Shown here one piece after another: positions 18,521 to 29,290 of a DNA stretch of 64,000 nt. The notes beneath the pieces were generated by a model that worked only from the letters and a program-made list of their open reading frames with translations, made no database searches and was not told the origin of the DNA. Position 1 is the first letter of the stretch, and every line of letters starts with the position of its first letter. The stretch is taken from IMG/VR virus record IMGVR_UViG_3300023179_000086, positions 1 to 64,000 of that record. One strand, 5' to 3'. Origin of the DNA: a virus. Both the position numbers and the translations under genes were made by a program.

Positions 18521-19594
18521 ATGCCTAAGTTCATTACAGTGTTTGAAGGTCAGTATTTAGATAAGCCCATTCCTCATGGTACAAAGTTTCAAATTCACCA
18601 AGCGGGACAACGAGAAAATGAATGGGTTGTTCTTAACAAAGACCGTTTGTTGGTGAAAGCAAGCGGTAAAATTTCGGAGAAACCTACTATCGTGGTATCT
18701 CAAGGTCAAGTAACAGAAAACGGTGCAGTAACTGTTCCAAAAAAACAAGTAGTAAAATTTACTGCAGATGAGCATATCGATACAAAACCTGAGCCTACTG
18801 ATGAACAAATTAAGCAGTGGTTCAGAGAAGATTTTGAGAATCTTGAAGAACATATTGAAGATATGTTACGTGGTGAAGAAAAAGGTGGTTTATTCATTTG
18901 CGGTGGGGGTGGTAGTGGAAAAACCTATATTGTAGAGCAAGTGCTAGATCGTTACTCTACTTTTACTAATGTTGGTGGTACACGTGAGCGATTCCAAATC
19001 ATACGTGGTTCGTTGGGTGATTCGCCTGTACACCTTTACAAGATTCTGTTTGAAGGTAGTGATTCAAATTATATTACTGTTTTTGATGACTGTGACGCAA
19101 TTTTCTTTAACCCTGAAATGCTTAATTTGCTTAAAGCAGCACTAGCAACTACGGGTGAACGTCGAATCAATATTCGTTCTAATAGTGCTCAGTTGCGTCG
19201 AGAAGATATTCCTGAAAGTTTTGTGTTCAAGGGTAATCTAATCTTTATTACCAACCTTGACCTTAACAAGATGCGTGATTCTAACCTTAAGAATCACTTG
19301 CAAGCGATGGAAACACGTTGGAAGTCTATTGAAGTACAGTGTTCTTCACCAAGACACATTGTGCTACGTGCAAAACAATTGCATGAAGATTTGCGTAATG
19401 AAGGTGGATTCTTTGCTAATTTTGCCTTAGATAATGAACAAGTTGATGAATTGTTTGCCTATATTGAACAAAATGCAACTAAGTTTAAATCGTTTAGTTT
19501 GAGAACTTTTGTATATGTTGCTGATTACATGGTTCGTAAGGGTAATCGTTGGAAACAAGTTGTTGAGCGTACATTGATGTATAAAGATCGCTGA
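18521..19594 (+). CDS. AAA+ ATPase
   Basis: Walker A GGGGSGKT, Walker B VFDDCD, sensor IFITN. Confidence 0.85.
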   Translation: MPKFITVFEGQYLDKPIPHGTKFQIHQAGQRENEWVVLNKDRLLVKASGKISEKPTIVVSQGQVTENGAVTVPKKQVVKFTADEHIDTKPEPTDEQIKQWFREDFENLEEHIEDMLRGEEKGGLFICGGGGSGKTYIVEQVLDRYSTFTNVGGTRERFQIIRGSLGDSPVHLYKILFEGSDSNYITVFDDCDAIFFNPEMLNLLKAALATTGERRINIRSNSAQLRREDIPESFVFKGNLIFITNLDLNKMRDSNLKNHLQAMETRWKSIEVQCSSPRHIVLRAKQLHEDLRNEGGFFANFALDNEQVDELFAYIEQNATKFKSFSLRTFVYVADYMVRKGNRWKQVVERTLMYKDR

Positions 19595-19613
19595 TTATCT
19601 CCTGTAGTAATTT

Positions 19614-19645
19614 GGAGTAATTGGGAAACCGATTACTCCTTTTTT
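19614..19645 (+). terminator. intrinsic terminator
   Basis: GGAGTAATTGG-GAAA-CCGATTACTCC followed by a T run. Confidence 0.85.
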
Positions 19646-19646
19646 A

Positions 19647-19674
19647 TTGACAATGCACAAATTAGTATTATAAT
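19647..19674 (+). promoter_or_regulatory. sigma70-type promoter
   Basis: TTGACA-N16-TATAAT. Confidence 0.7.
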
Positions 19675-19694
19675 GATTATAAATATATAAACAC

Positions 19695-21152
19695 ATGCCT
19701 ACTGCAAAAATTATTGTAAAAGATGAAGTCAACGTAAAAATAGAAGGTCTTCATTTAGATGACAGGAAAACCTTAGTAAAACGATTTGAGTACGAAATCC
19801 CAGGTGCTCGCTACATACCCTCGGTAAAATTAGGTCGTTGGAATGGTAAAGTATCATATTTTCAATTAGGTGGAAGCACTTATATAAATTTACTTGAGCA
19901 AATAATACCGTATCTTGAAGAACAGGGATATGATATTGAATTAAATGACATACGTGATTATCATAGCTCATTTGATTTTAATCAGATTAATAAAAATACT
20001 TTTTCACATTATTTGTGGCCTATAAAGCACCCTAAGGCTAATGAACCTATAGTATTACGTGATTATCAGGTTGAAATAACAAATCAATTTCTATCTAATC
20101 CACAATGTGTACAAGAAATTGCAACAGGTGCGGGAAAAACTTTGATTACAGCAGCACTAAGTTATAGTTGCGAAGCGTTTGGTAGAACTTTAGTAATTGT
20201 TCCTAATAAATCATTAGTAACGCAGACTGAAGAAGATTATAGAAATTTAGGTTTAGACGTTGGTGTATATTTTGGTGATCGTAAAGAAATTGGACATCAG
20301 CATACCATATGTACGTGGCAAAGTTTAAACAACATTATTAAGAATACTTCTGATGGGGTTAGTGAATTTACAATAGATGAATTTATTGAAGGTGTTGTTG
20401 CATTGATTATTGATGAGTGCCATATGGCTAAAGCTGATGTATTAAAGTCAATGTTAAGTGGATGTATGGCTAAAATTTCAATACGATGGGGATTAACGGG
20501 TACTATACCAAAAGAAAAGTTTGCGTCGGAAGCGTTGTTAACATGTATCGGTCCTGTTATCAATAAGTTAGCGGCAACTGATTTGCAGGATCGTGGGGTA
20601 TTAGCTAATTGTCATGTACATGTTATGCAGTTACAAGATCATTCTGAATTTAAAAACTATCAAAGTGAATTAAAATATTTGTTAGAACAAGAAAATAGGT
20701 TAGATACTATTGCAAATATTATTGACAAAGTTAAAGAAAGTGGTAATACTTTGATATTAGTTGATCGTATTACTGCGGGTAAAGAGTTGGTAAAACGATT
20801 ACCAAATTCGGTATTTGTCAATGGTAGTACAAGTAATAAAAAGCGTAAAAAAGAATATGAAGAAGTTGCAATACAAGATGAAAAAATTATTGTAGCTACT
20901 TATGGTGTAGCGGCAGTGGGTATTAATATTCCTAGGATTTTTAATTTAGTGTTTATTGAGCCTGGGAAGAGTTTTGTACGTGTTATACAAAGTATAGGGC
21001 GTGGTTTGCGCAAAGCTGAAGACAAAGATTTTGTGCAAATATGGGATATTACTTCGAGTTGTAGATTTTCAAAACGTCATTTGACTCAACGAAAAACATT
21101 TTACAAAGAAGCTAATTACCCATTTACTATTGAAAAGTTTAATTACAAATGA
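19695..21152 (+). CDS. uvsW: SF2 DNA helicase (UvsW-like)
   Basis: LRDYQ, ATGAGKT, DECH, GLTGT, QSIGRGLRK motifs. Confidence 0.9.
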   Translation: MPTAKIIVKDEVNVKIEGLHLDDRKTLVKRFEYEIPGARYIPSVKLGRWNGKVSYFQLGGSTYINLLEQIIPYLEEQGYDIELNDIRDYHSSFDFNQINKNTFSHYLWPIKHPKANEPIVLRDYQVEITNQFLSNPQCVQEIATGAGKTLITAALSYSCEAFGRTLVIVPNKSLVTQTEEDYRNLGLDVGVYFGDRKEIGHQHTICTWQSLNNIIKNTSDGVSEFTIDEFIEGVVALIIDECHMAKADVLKSMLSGCMAKISIRWGLTGTIPKEKFASEALLTCIGPVINKLAATDLQDRGVLANCHVHVMQLQDHSEFKNYQSELKYLLEQENRLDTIANIIDKVKESGNTLILVDRITAGKELVKRLPNSVFVNGSTSNKKRKKEYEEVAIQDEKIIVATYGVAAVGINIPRIFNLVFIEPGKSFVRVIQSIGRGLRKAEDKDFVQIWDITSSCRFSKRHLTQRKTFYKEANYPFTIEKFNYK

Positions 21153-21649
21153 ATATATTATTATTAGATGATACAAAATTTAATTTAGAAAATTTACCTG
21201 AAGAGATTGATGATTTAAGATTTGCTATATTGGATAATAGTAATCCTAATGCAGTAGACTATTTTTTTATTCCATTAATTTTTTTAGAGTCATTTAATAG
21301 TCCTGCTTTAGTATTGCGTATTGACGATCAAATTATTAAAATGCCATTAGATTGGCAAATATTAATAGGTGAACCTGAGTTTGGTGATCTTGAAACTGTA
21401 CCATTAACTAGTATTAATGATCGTGGATTTAAAGCATTTCAATTTAATCCTATTAGTGGGTTTAGACCAACTTTTCTTAATATTGAAATCATTGATATTT
21501 ACCATGATGTTACATGGTTTGCTCCACGATTAAAAAATGGACAATTCTTATGCGTACCAATTGATGAAGATAGTAAACCACGGTGTATTTATTTTGTCAA
21601 AGAAATTAGTCGTAATAGTGAAATTGTAGATTATAAACAGGCATTTTAA
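21149..21649 (+). CDS. hypothetical phage protein
   Basis: ATGA-coupled 166-aa ORF. Confidence 0.7.
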   Translation: MNILLLDDTKFNLENLPEEIDDLRFAILDNSNPNAVDYFFIPLIFLESFNSPALVLRIDDQIIKMPLDWQILIGEPEFGDLETVPLTSINDRGFKAFQFNPISGFRPTFLNIEIIDIYHDVTWFAPRLKNGQFLCVPIDEDSKPRCIYFVKEISRNSEIVDYKQAF

Positions 21650-21849
21650 TGAGTAAACAATTAGATCCAACAGCAATCAAAATGGAAACTATGATGACCA
21701 TTATTGATACAACACTTTTAAATTTAGAAAGTCCGACTGAACAACTTATGTTAGCATGTGCAATGTTACAACGTACTAAAGAAATATTTGACCATATCTT
21801 AGGTATAGAAGGATCTAAAAAAATGTTTCAGGACATTGTAGATAAATGA
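21649..21849 (+). CDS. hypothetical protein
   Basis: Coupled ORF. Confidence 0.6.
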   Translation: MSKQLDPTAIKMETMMTIIDTTLLNLESPTEQLMLACAMLQRTKEIFDHILGIEGSKKMFQDIVDK

Positions 21850-22079
21850 AGCAAATTAGTGCTTTTGATTTTTATGTGTATGTTGAGCGTTATTATACAG
21901 AAATTGAGTCCTATACTTTATACATACTTAAACCTAATTGTGAATTCAATTATTTAGGTAAGTATATTATAGTAACAGCAGAAATTAGTAATTTATGGTA
22001 TATTGAAAGAAAATATTACATGATTGATTCGGACGAAGAGCTTACTTTTTTTAGACTAAAGCAAGACTATTATGAATAA
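21846..22079 (+). CDS. hypothetical protein
   Basis: Coupled ORF. Confidence 0.55.
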   Translation: MKQISAFDFYVYVERYYTEIESYTLYILKPNCEFNYLGKYIIVTAEISNLWYIERKYYMIDSDEELTFFRLKQDYYE

Positions 22080-22656
22080 ATCTGATACTAAATTTCAAAA
22101 TATAGATCTTGATGTATTCAAAGTACTTGAGGCATTAGATCGTAAAGACTATGATTATTTTGATAAATTAACTACAGAGCAGCAAAATGCATTTATTGGA
22201 CAATCTTTTACATTATTGACTTGGATGAGTTGTATTAAAAATAGTGGTGAATTAGGTAAGTATTATGTGTTAGTTACAGAAGAATTAGCTAACAAACATT
22301 TTTTTAATGAGCATATTCGTTCACATCCCAAGTTACAATGGTTATTATTATGTACTATCAGTCCAAACATGGGTAAGCAATATCATGAATATATACCTAG
22401 ATTAGGAAATAAAATTTCTAATTTAACAGAACCTCCTGATAAAGGTATGTGGAAAAGATATCTGACAAAGATTTATAAAAATGTTAACGCAAAAGATATT
22501 GATGAATGTGCAATAGAGTTAAGTGAAAACTATGGAATTAAATACAAATTAGCTAAGTTATTCCCTAATATGAAGATATCAGATATTGATGTATTAAGTA
22601 AAATGGTTACAGAAAAGGAAATATTAAATTATGAACGACAATGCGGTAAGCTGTGA
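22072..22656 (+). CDS. possible clamp-loader small subunit (gp62-like)
   Basis: Weak motif resemblance (ELANKHFF..HPKLQWLLL); replication context. Confidence 0.4.
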   Translation: MNKSDTKFQNIDLDVFKVLEALDRKDYDYFDKLTTEQQNAFIGQSFTLLTWMSCIKNSGELGKYYVLVTEELANKHFFNEHIRSHPKLQWLLLCTISPNMGKQYHEYIPRLGNKISNLTEPPDKGMWKRYLTKIYKNVNAKDIDECAIELSENYGIKYKLAKLFPNMKISDIDVLSKMVTEKEILNYERQCGKL

Positions 22657-23314
22657 GTACTGCAATAAATCATTTATTAAACAAGGATCATTTTTAACTC
22701 ATTTATGTGAACCAAAAAGACGTTGGATGGATCGTGATATGCCTACTAACAGAACTGCATATAGTGCATGGAAATATTATTTTTCAAAGCATCATCCTAA
22801 TATGAAATCAATTGAATATCAAGATTTTATAAAAAATTATTATTATAATAGTTTTATGAAGTTTGCAGAATATTGCATTAATATTAAAGTTGTTAATATT
22901 ATATTATTTCTTGATTATTTGGTATCGCATAAAGCACCAATAAATAAATGGTGTAATGATACACATTATTCTAAGTTTTTATTACAATATTTAAAATTAG
23001 AAGATATTAACGATGCTTTTAGACGTAGTATTCGAACTATAGAACAAATGTGTGAGGAAGAAAATATTCAAGTTAAAGATGCTTTTAAATATTTAAATGG
23101 TAATAGGTTGTGTCAAAAGATATATCAAGGATCGATAAGTCCATGGGTTTTATATAATTCCAATAGTGCAATAGATTTTTTGCATAATTTAAATGAAGAT
23201 CAAGTTAGGATTATATACGATATCATTAATCCTGATATATGGAAATTAAAATTATTTAGAGAACAAGATAAAACAGGACATGTTAAAGGATTATTAAAAG
23301 ATTATAATTTATGA
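22631..23314 (+). CDS. zinc-finger protein
   Basis: CEYC-x12-HLC N-terminal Zn finger. Confidence 0.65.
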   Translation: MNDNAVSCEYCNKSFIKQGSFLTHLCEPKRRWMDRDMPTNRTAYSAWKYYFSKHHPNMKSIEYQDFIKNYYYNSFMKFAEYCINIKVVNIILFLDYLVSHKAPINKWCNDTHYSKFLLQYLKLEDINDAFRRSIRTIEQMCEEENIQVKDAFKYLNGNRLCQKIYQGSISPWVLYNSNSAIDFLHNLNEDQVRIIYDIINPDIWKLKLFREQDKTGHVKGLLKDYNL

Positions 23315-23934
23315 AATTCAACAGTGATATTGACATTGATTTTGGTGATAGGTCTAAGATATTAAATCATATTAAACATATTTCTGCGCACTTAAAAGTA
23401 GACCAAAAATTAAGAAAACATCCAACGGGAATTTATGTTACTAAAATACCATATGATCCTATAAATGATTGGTCTTCATTAAATTATCATGAAGCAGAAA
23501 ATCGTGGCTATTTAAAATTAGATTTATTAAATGTATGGATATATAAGTTTGTTCGTGATGAAGATCATTTAAGTGAATTGATGAAAGAGCCTAATTGGGC
23601 TAATCTAAAAAACAAAGAATATTTTAGTAAATTAATTCATATTGGTAATCATTACGATGTTATGATAAAAATGCCACAAGAAATTAATTCAATACCAAGA
23701 ATGGCGATGTTTTTGTCGGTTATTAGACCTGGGAAACGGCAGTTAATTGGTCAACCATGGAATGAAGTAGCAAAAACAGTATGGTTGCGTGAAAATGATG
23801 TTTATGCATTTAAAAAATCTCATAGTATTGCATATGCACATTTAGTTGTTGTGCATATGAATTTGATTGATGAGTTAGGGATACATGCGTTTGACAAGAG
23901 TAATACTTCGTCGCTTGATTCTACGTTTACCTAA
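23311..23934 (+). CDS. miniature DnaE (Pol III alpha)-like polymerase core
   Basis: SDIDIDF, HPTGIY, GYLKLDLL, SVIRPG, FKKSHSIAYA motifs in only 207 aa. Confidence 0.8.
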   Translation: MKFNSDIDIDFGDRSKILNHIKHISAHLKVDQKLRKHPTGIYVTKIPYDPINDWSSLNYHEAENRGYLKLDLLNVWIYKFVRDEDHLSELMKEPNWANLKNKEYFSKLIHIGNHYDVMIKMPQEINSIPRMAMFLSVIRPGKRQLIGQPWNEVAKTVWLRENDVYAFKKSHSIAYAHLVVVHMNLIDELGIHAFDKSNTSSLDSTFT

Positions 23935-24255
23935 TTCACTAATACTTATGGTCGGACCATGAATAATCACTAAGGATTTATTATTAAATGTTCTTAAATA
24001 TTGTTTGAATGGTTGCCATTCTTCTTTTAAAAAAATATTTATTGGTATAAGACGGTTACTTTCCCACCACCAAACATCACCAAGTTCTAAAAAAAGCTTT
24101 TTAAGTTCTTGTTCGATGATTGCTCCGTAATCATAAAAGGTAGTAATGTCATCATCTTTATTTTGGACGACTCCAATATACTCTTGACCTGCATATGAGC
24201 AAACTGTGATAAAAGGATGGTTTGCACTCAATTTTTTTAAAAAATCTGAAGACAT
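23875..24255 (-). CDS. hypothetical phage protein
   Basis: 126-aa ORF with WWWESNR motif; overlaps the dnaE-like 3' end convergently by 60 bp. Confidence 0.7.
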   Translation of the reverse strand: MSSDFLKKLSANHPFITVCSYAGQEYIGVVQNKDDDITTFYDYGAIIEQELKKLFLELGDVWWWESNRLIPINIFLKEEWQPFKQYLRTFNNKSLVIIHGPTISISELGKRRIKRRSITLVKRMYP

Positions 24256-24281
24256 AAATATAATATAAAGGAACCTTTAAC

Positions 24282-25163
24282 GTGGCTGCATATCAAACGC
24301 AAATGTATTTATATAATCAACGACAATATGTAGTTTTATTAAGTTCAGTAGGAAGTATTGCAACAAGGAGATATAGTACAGTGTATGCTAAACAATTAAT
24401 GCTTAACCGTGGTGTAGATAATGTTTTAGAATTTGCGTTTATAAATCAAGACCAAAAACCTGTTAATTTATCAGGAAAATATTTATATTTCCGAGTAATC
24501 AACAATAACGGCACTGAATTAATCTTAACTAAACAACTTACGCCAAATTTACCTGTAACAGGTATATTTAATTTAGAATTATCAATTTCTGAAGTAAATT
24601 TGATTAACCCACAATATTGCTTCTATACTATTGAACTGACCAATACACCATGGGTTAACACAGATACTTCAGGATCGGCTGTATTTACGAATGCTACAGG
24701 TATGGCTAGAGGTGATTTAATTGTGGTTGATAGTATTTTTCCTGTAGTGATTCCTGCATTAGACGTAACTATACCTACACACCCTAAACCAACACAAGGA
24801 AATGCTATGCAAGGTGGTAATAGTACTCAACCTCAACCAAAAACGTATTACAGCAGTGAGATAAAGAATGAGGATACGCAAACATTAACTATTCAATATA
24901 GGATTGAAGAATTTTGTGGTAATATTACAATAGAGGGTAGTAACATTGCTGATTTTACACGTAGTTATGCAATTGGAAACACCATAGTTTATGGTAACGC
25001 CAATGCATTGCCGTATCCTACGGGTGAAACTTTAACAATTGGAACTACAGTGACGGGATATCATCCTTATGTAAGGTTAGCCATACAGAATTATGGAAGC
25101 GGACCTCCTGAGACTAATCAACAGTACCTTAAAGGTGATGTAGTAAAAATTTTGGCTAGATGA
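24282..25163 (+). CDS. virion structural protein (BppU/Ig-like baseplate-associated)
   Basis: ATAAATA at 24254; RGVDN.LEF...NQDQKPVNLSG pattern. Confidence 0.55.
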   Translation: MAAYQTQMYLYNQRQYVVLLSSVGSIATRRYSTVYAKQLMLNRGVDNVLEFAFINQDQKPVNLSGKYLYFRVINNNGTELILTKQLTPNLPVTGIFNLELSISEVNLINPQYCFYTIELTNTPWVNTDTSGSAVFTNATGMARGDLIVVDSIFPVVIPALDVTIPTHPKPTQGNAMQGGNSTQPQPKTYYSSEIKNEDTQTLTIQYRIEEFCGNITIEGSNIADFTRSYAIGNTIVYGNANALPYPTGETLTIGTTVTGYHPYVRLAIQNYGSGPPETNQQYLKGDVVKILAR

Positions 25164-25209
25164 TTTAATTTATTTCATTTATTATTTTTTTGTGTCATAA
25201 TAGTGACGC

Positions 25210-26190
25210 ATGAATAAAATCATTGATAAAACTCTTTTTTACTATTTGCAGCGCAAAACCAAACGTTCGACGGGCGGATGGATAAGCACTAACGCCGTTT
25301 GTTGTCATCATCGTGGGCATAGACCTGATAGAAGAATGCGTGGTGGGTTAATTTACTCTGATGACAAGCTAAGTTATTCTTGTTTCAACTGTCAATTTAA
25401 ATGTGGTTATTCTGTTGGTAAACTTTTTTCGTCTAATTTTAAGTTGTTTTTAAATTGGATTGGTATGGATGAAAAAGAAATACAACAGTTAGCATTTGAT
25501 GCGATGAAATCACGTGATACTAGTTTATTAATAAATAATTCAATATCAAACGAAGTTAATTTTAAAGAATATAATTTACCTCCCGATGCTATTCGACTTA
25601 ATAAACATGATGAATCGCATTATAAATATATAGAATTTTTGTCAAATCGTGGGTTTTCATGTGATGATTATCCATTTTATATTACTCCAAATTCTACATT
25701 AAGAGAAAAAGATAGAATCATTATACCATATTATTACGACAAAAAACTTGTTGGATATACAAGCAGATATTGCGATCATCGTAAACCTAAGTATATTTCT
25801 GAGCAGCAATCAGGATATGTTTTTAATATTGATGAGCAAGATCCAAGTTGGCAAATATGTATTGTTGTAGAAGGACAATTTGATGCATTAGCAATTGGTG
25901 GGTGTGCAATTATGTCAAACAATGTAAGCGAAAAACAGTCTTGGGTATTGAAAAAACTAAAAAGAAAAATAATATATGTTCCTGATCGTGATTTAGCAGG
26001 TATGGAAGGTATTCAATCTGCATTAGAATATGGATATGAAGTAAGCATACCACCTTATTGGGATCGTTCTATTAAAGATGTTAATGATGCGGTAATAAAG
26101 TACGGTCGTTTTCCTACGTTGTTAAGTATAATACAGCATGCTACAACAAGTGCTGCTAAAATTAAAATTTATAAAGATAAAATATTGTGA
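25210..26190 (+). CDS. DNA primase (gp61-like)
   Basis: N-terminal Zn finger, RIIIP, TOPRIM VEGQFDA, PDRD, KDVND. Confidence 0.9.
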   Translation: MNKIIDKTLFYYLQRKTKRSTGGWISTNAVCCHHRGHRPDRRMRGGLIYSDDKLSYSCFNCQFKCGYSVGKLFSSNFKLFLNWIGMDEKEIQQLAFDAMKSRDTSLLINNSISNEVNFKEYNLPPDAIRLNKHDESHYKYIEFLSNRGFSCDDYPFYITPNSTLREKDRIIIPYYYDKKLVGYTSRYCDHRKPKYISEQQSGYVFNIDEQDPSWQICIVVEGQFDALAIGGCAIMSNNVSEKQSWVLKKLKRKIIYVPDRDLAGMEGIQSALEYGYEVSIPPYWDRSIKDVNDAVIKYGRFPTLLSIIQHATTSAAKIKIYKDKIL

Positions 26191-27575
26191 AATTAGACTA
26201 TACAAAAGATATACAGCAATTTTTCTTATCAATGATGATTACTGAACCTAATCTGTTTATTCGTGTTCAAAACATATTAAATGCAGAAAATTTTGATCGT
26301 TCATTAAAAGATACAGTAAAGTTTATTATTGATTTTGCCAATAAATATCATGTTGTACCTGATCCTGAAAAAATTAAGCTCACAACAGATATAGAATTAA
26401 CAAAAATTGTTGATTTACGAGAACAAGATATTGAATGGTTTTTTGATGAATTTGAAAAATTTACACGAAAACAAGAATTAGAACGTGCAATTTTAAAAAG
26501 CGCAGATTTACTTGAAAAAGGTAATTATGATCCTGTAGAAAAAATTATTAAAGACGCAGTACAAATTAGTCTTACTAAGGATTTAGGCACTGATTATTTT
26601 GCTGATCCAAAAGGACGATTATTAGCAATTAAACAAAATAATGGACAAACGAGTACAGGGTGGCCTTGTCTTGATAATAAGTTATATGGTGGGTTTAATC
26701 GTGGTGAATTACAGTTATTTTTAGGTGGATCAGGGTCGGGTAAATCATTATTTATGCAAAATCTTGCGGTGAATTGGGTTCGTGCAGGATTAAATGGGGT
26801 ATACATCACTTTAGAACTTGCTGAAAATTTATGTGCATGGCGAATTGATAGTATGATGACAGATATTGCAACAAAAGAAATTTTTAAACAAATTGATGAT
26901 GTTGAACTAAAAATTAAAATGGCACAGAAAAAATCAGGTAAATTATTTTTAAAATATTTACCTGCTCAAAGTAATATCAATGATATACGTTCATATTGTC
27001 AAGAATTACAGGTGCAAACTGAAAAGAAGATAGATTTTCTGTGTATTGATTATATGGATTTATTAATGCCTGTATCAGTTAAAATCAATGCTAGTGATTT
27101 ATTTACTAAGGATAAATTTGTAAGTGAAGAACTTAGAAATTTTGCAAAAGAATTAAATGTAATATTTGTAACTGCTAGTCAATTAAATCGTTCTGCGGTA
27201 GAAGAAGTAGAATTTGATCATAGTCATATTAGTGGTGGTATTAGTAAAATCAATACTTCGGATAATGTATTTGGTATTTTTACAAGTAGAAATATGCGTG
27301 AGCGTGGTCAATATCAGTTACAGTTAATGAAAACAAGAAGTAGTAGTGGTGTGGGACAGAAAATTAATTTAAAATTTAATGTCGAAACTTTAAGAATATA
27401 TGATGACGAATCAGATGAAGAGCATACTACAGCATCATCTATTTTAGAACAGATTAAAGTTGGTAGTAATATTGTTCCAACTAACGTGGAGAATGAAATA
27501 AAACCATCTCCTGTTGCAGATTTAAGTAGTAACTTGAAAGCTAAACTGCAACATTTTCGTAACATTTCCTCTTAA
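26187..27575 (+). CDS. replicative DnaB-like helicase (gp41-like)
   Basis: GGSGSGKS, ITLE, IDYMDL, TASQLNR, KTRSS. Confidence 0.93.
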   Translation: MKLDYTKDIQQFFLSMMITEPNLFIRVQNILNAENFDRSLKDTVKFIIDFANKYHVVPDPEKIKLTTDIELTKIVDLREQDIEWFFDEFEKFTRKQELERAILKSADLLEKGNYDPVEKIIKDAVQISLTKDLGTDYFADPKGRLLAIKQNNGQTSTGWPCLDNKLYGGFNRGELQLFLGGSGSGKSLFMQNLAVNWVRAGLNGVYITLELAENLCAWRIDSMMTDIATKEIFKQIDDVELKIKMAQKKSGKLFLKYLPAQSNINDIRSYCQELQVQTEKKIDFLCIDYMDLLMPVSVKINASDLFTKDKFVSEELRNFAKELNVIFVTASQLNRSAVEEVEFDHSHISGGISKINTSDNVFGIFTSRNMRERGQYQLQLMKTRSSSGVGQKINLKFNVETLRIYDDESDEEHTTASSILEQIKVGSNIVPTNVENEIKPSPVADLSSNLKAKLQHFRNISS

Positions 27576-27594
27576 TTTAGATAAATACTGTATC

Positions 27595-27843
27595 ATGGAA
27601 AAAAAGACTCGCAGTTTACTAGAAGAGTTAGAAATACTTAGTAAAAATCGTGATACAAAACATATCATTGAAAATCGTGCTAATAGTATTATAACTAGTG
27701 CAATACACTTGTTAGAAGTTATTGAACGTAATTTTACTGCAGAACAAGCACAAATATTAGAAAAAAAACTATTAGTTGCAATTAAAAATCGTGATAATAA
27801 TAAATTTTTAAGAAGCTTAAGAAAGAATTCAGATCATGAATAA
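27595..27843 (+). CDS. hypothetical late protein
   Basis: ATAAATA at 27581-87. Confidence 0.7.
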   Translation: MEKKTRSLLEELEILSKNRDTKHIIENRANSIITSAIHLLEVIERNFTAEQAQILEKKLLVAIKNRDNNKFLRSLRKNSDHE

Positions 27844-28732
27844 AGTTCATGAAAATTACGCTTACGCCGCACTTAAGAGAGATTTAACACAATTTGACCC
27901 TAATCAGGCTAAAGTAAGAAATGCTCAAATTAAAGCTAAAATTGATGCTGCTTTAAAAGCTTATCCGAATTGGGCTAAAACACAAAGAAGTATAACACCG
28001 CAACAACCCACTCAAGCTCAGCCTACTCAAGCTCAGCCTACTCAAGCTCAACCCATTCAAGCTCAACCCACTCAAGCTCAATTAGTTCAACCAAAAATTC
28101 AACAAACTCCAACTTCCTTGCCAAATTATGCTGAAAAACGTGCTGCCGCTGCTCAAAAAGCACAAGCAGATATACAAAGAGGTCCATTGCCCCCAGGCGA
28201 TTACAATACAAAAATGGCTGATTTGCTTAAAAGAAGGCAATCGCAAGGCATGACCGAAAGTAAATTTTCTAAGCTATATCGTTTATTAGAATCTGCAATT
28301 GCCGAACAAGAAGACGATAGAGGAAGTTTTACTGAATATTTAAAAAATGTTATTAAAATGGATTTTGAATCTAATCCTGAAATATCAGTAGATGCAATTA
28401 AAATTGACAATTTATTTAAATCAAATAAACCTAATGAAGCATATGCGGTAGCTAGAAATTTACTTGATAAACATTACAAACAACAATATACATCTAAATC
28501 AAATGGAATTTCTAGTGGTATTTCTTCAGCTTCAACTGAAAATTCTAGATTAAATAGAATTGTTCAAAATATTCAAAGTGGTATTTTAGATCAAAATGAT
28601 TTAAATGAAATTATAATGCAATCATTAATTAGATTAAAAACCAAATTTCCTGAAAATTATTCTAATATAGTTAGTGATATTAAAGGTGCACTTCGTAATT
28701 TTGAAACATCAATTTCTCAAAACGTAAAATAA
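27836..28732 (+). CDS. probable head-associated protein with Gln/Pro repeats
   Basis: Late operon; low-complexity QPTQA repeats. Confidence 0.6.
   Translation: MNKVHENYAYAALKRDLTQFDPNQAKVRNAQIKAKIDAALKAYPNWAKTQRSITPQQPTQAQPTQAQPTQAQPIQAQPTQAQLVQPKIQQTPTSLPNYAEKRAAAAQKAQADIQRGPLPPGDYNTKMADLLKRRQSQGMTESKFSKLYRLLESAIAEQEDDRGSFTEYLKNVIKMDFESNPEISVDAIKIDNLFKSNKPNEAYAVARNLLDKHYKQQYTSKSNGISSGISSASTENSRLNRIVQNIQSGILDQNDLNEIIMQSLIRLKTKFPENYSNIVSDIKGALRNFETSISQNVK
28004..28078 (+). repeat. 5 x 15-bp coding tandem repeat (QPTQA)
   Basis: CA(A/G)CC(C/T)A(C/T)TCAAGCT repeated five times. Confidence 0.9.
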
Positions 28733-28814
28733 AATATCCTAATATATTATTTTTTAAATTTAATGATAAATAAAAGTATAGCCTATAAAGCTTAAAACAT
28801 TAAGGAGAAAGAAA

Positions 28815-29216
28815 ATGGCAGGTTTTACAAGAGTTAATGGTGATTTTAAACCCGTAGCAGTATTTGATGATGGTACAGGTAATGCGTATACTAATAGTAA
28901 TGGTAACGTAAATGCAATGACAAGTGGAGTACCCGTACAACCACAGGGTCCTGCTCTTGAGTTTTTCACAATTACAGGTAATGGTTCACAGATTGCTGAT
29001 TATGCAACAGCAGTATTTCAGTCAATTGAGCAATTAGCTACAATTCATTTGTATGAGTACACAAATTCAACAGATGACACATTAGCAATTGCTGTATATC
29101 CTGTACGTGCATGGACAACAAGCACATTAGATACAGCTATTACAAATGGTATTCAGGCAGCGAATAGCAGCTTTACAGCTAATATTGCAGTTGCAAACGG
29201 TGCGACATTTAGTTAA
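28815..29216 (+). CDS. small, probably abundant virion protein
   Basis: Late promoter 28766-72, strong SD AAGGAGA, own terminator. Confidence 0.7.
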   Translation: MAGFTRVNGDFKPVAVFDDGTGNAYTNSNGNVNAMTSGVPVQPQGPALEFFTITGNGSQIADYATAVFQSIEQLATIHLYEYTNSTDDTLAIAVYPVRAWTTSTLDTAITNGIQAANSSFTANIAVANGATFS

Positions 29217-29245
29217 TTAATATAATATTATATAATATGCACACT

Positions 29246-29271
29246 AGCCCCGATTTTTATCGGGGCTTTTT
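29246..29271 (+). terminator. intrinsic terminator
   Basis: AGCCCCGAT-TTTT-ATCGGGGCT followed by a T run. Confidence 0.85.
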
Positions 29272-29290
29272 ATTGGTATTAAATATCAAT

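Noticed and set aside
28004-28078. Short direct repeats as a possible CRISPR array
   Set aside because: Contiguous 15-bp in-frame coding repeats with no spacers.
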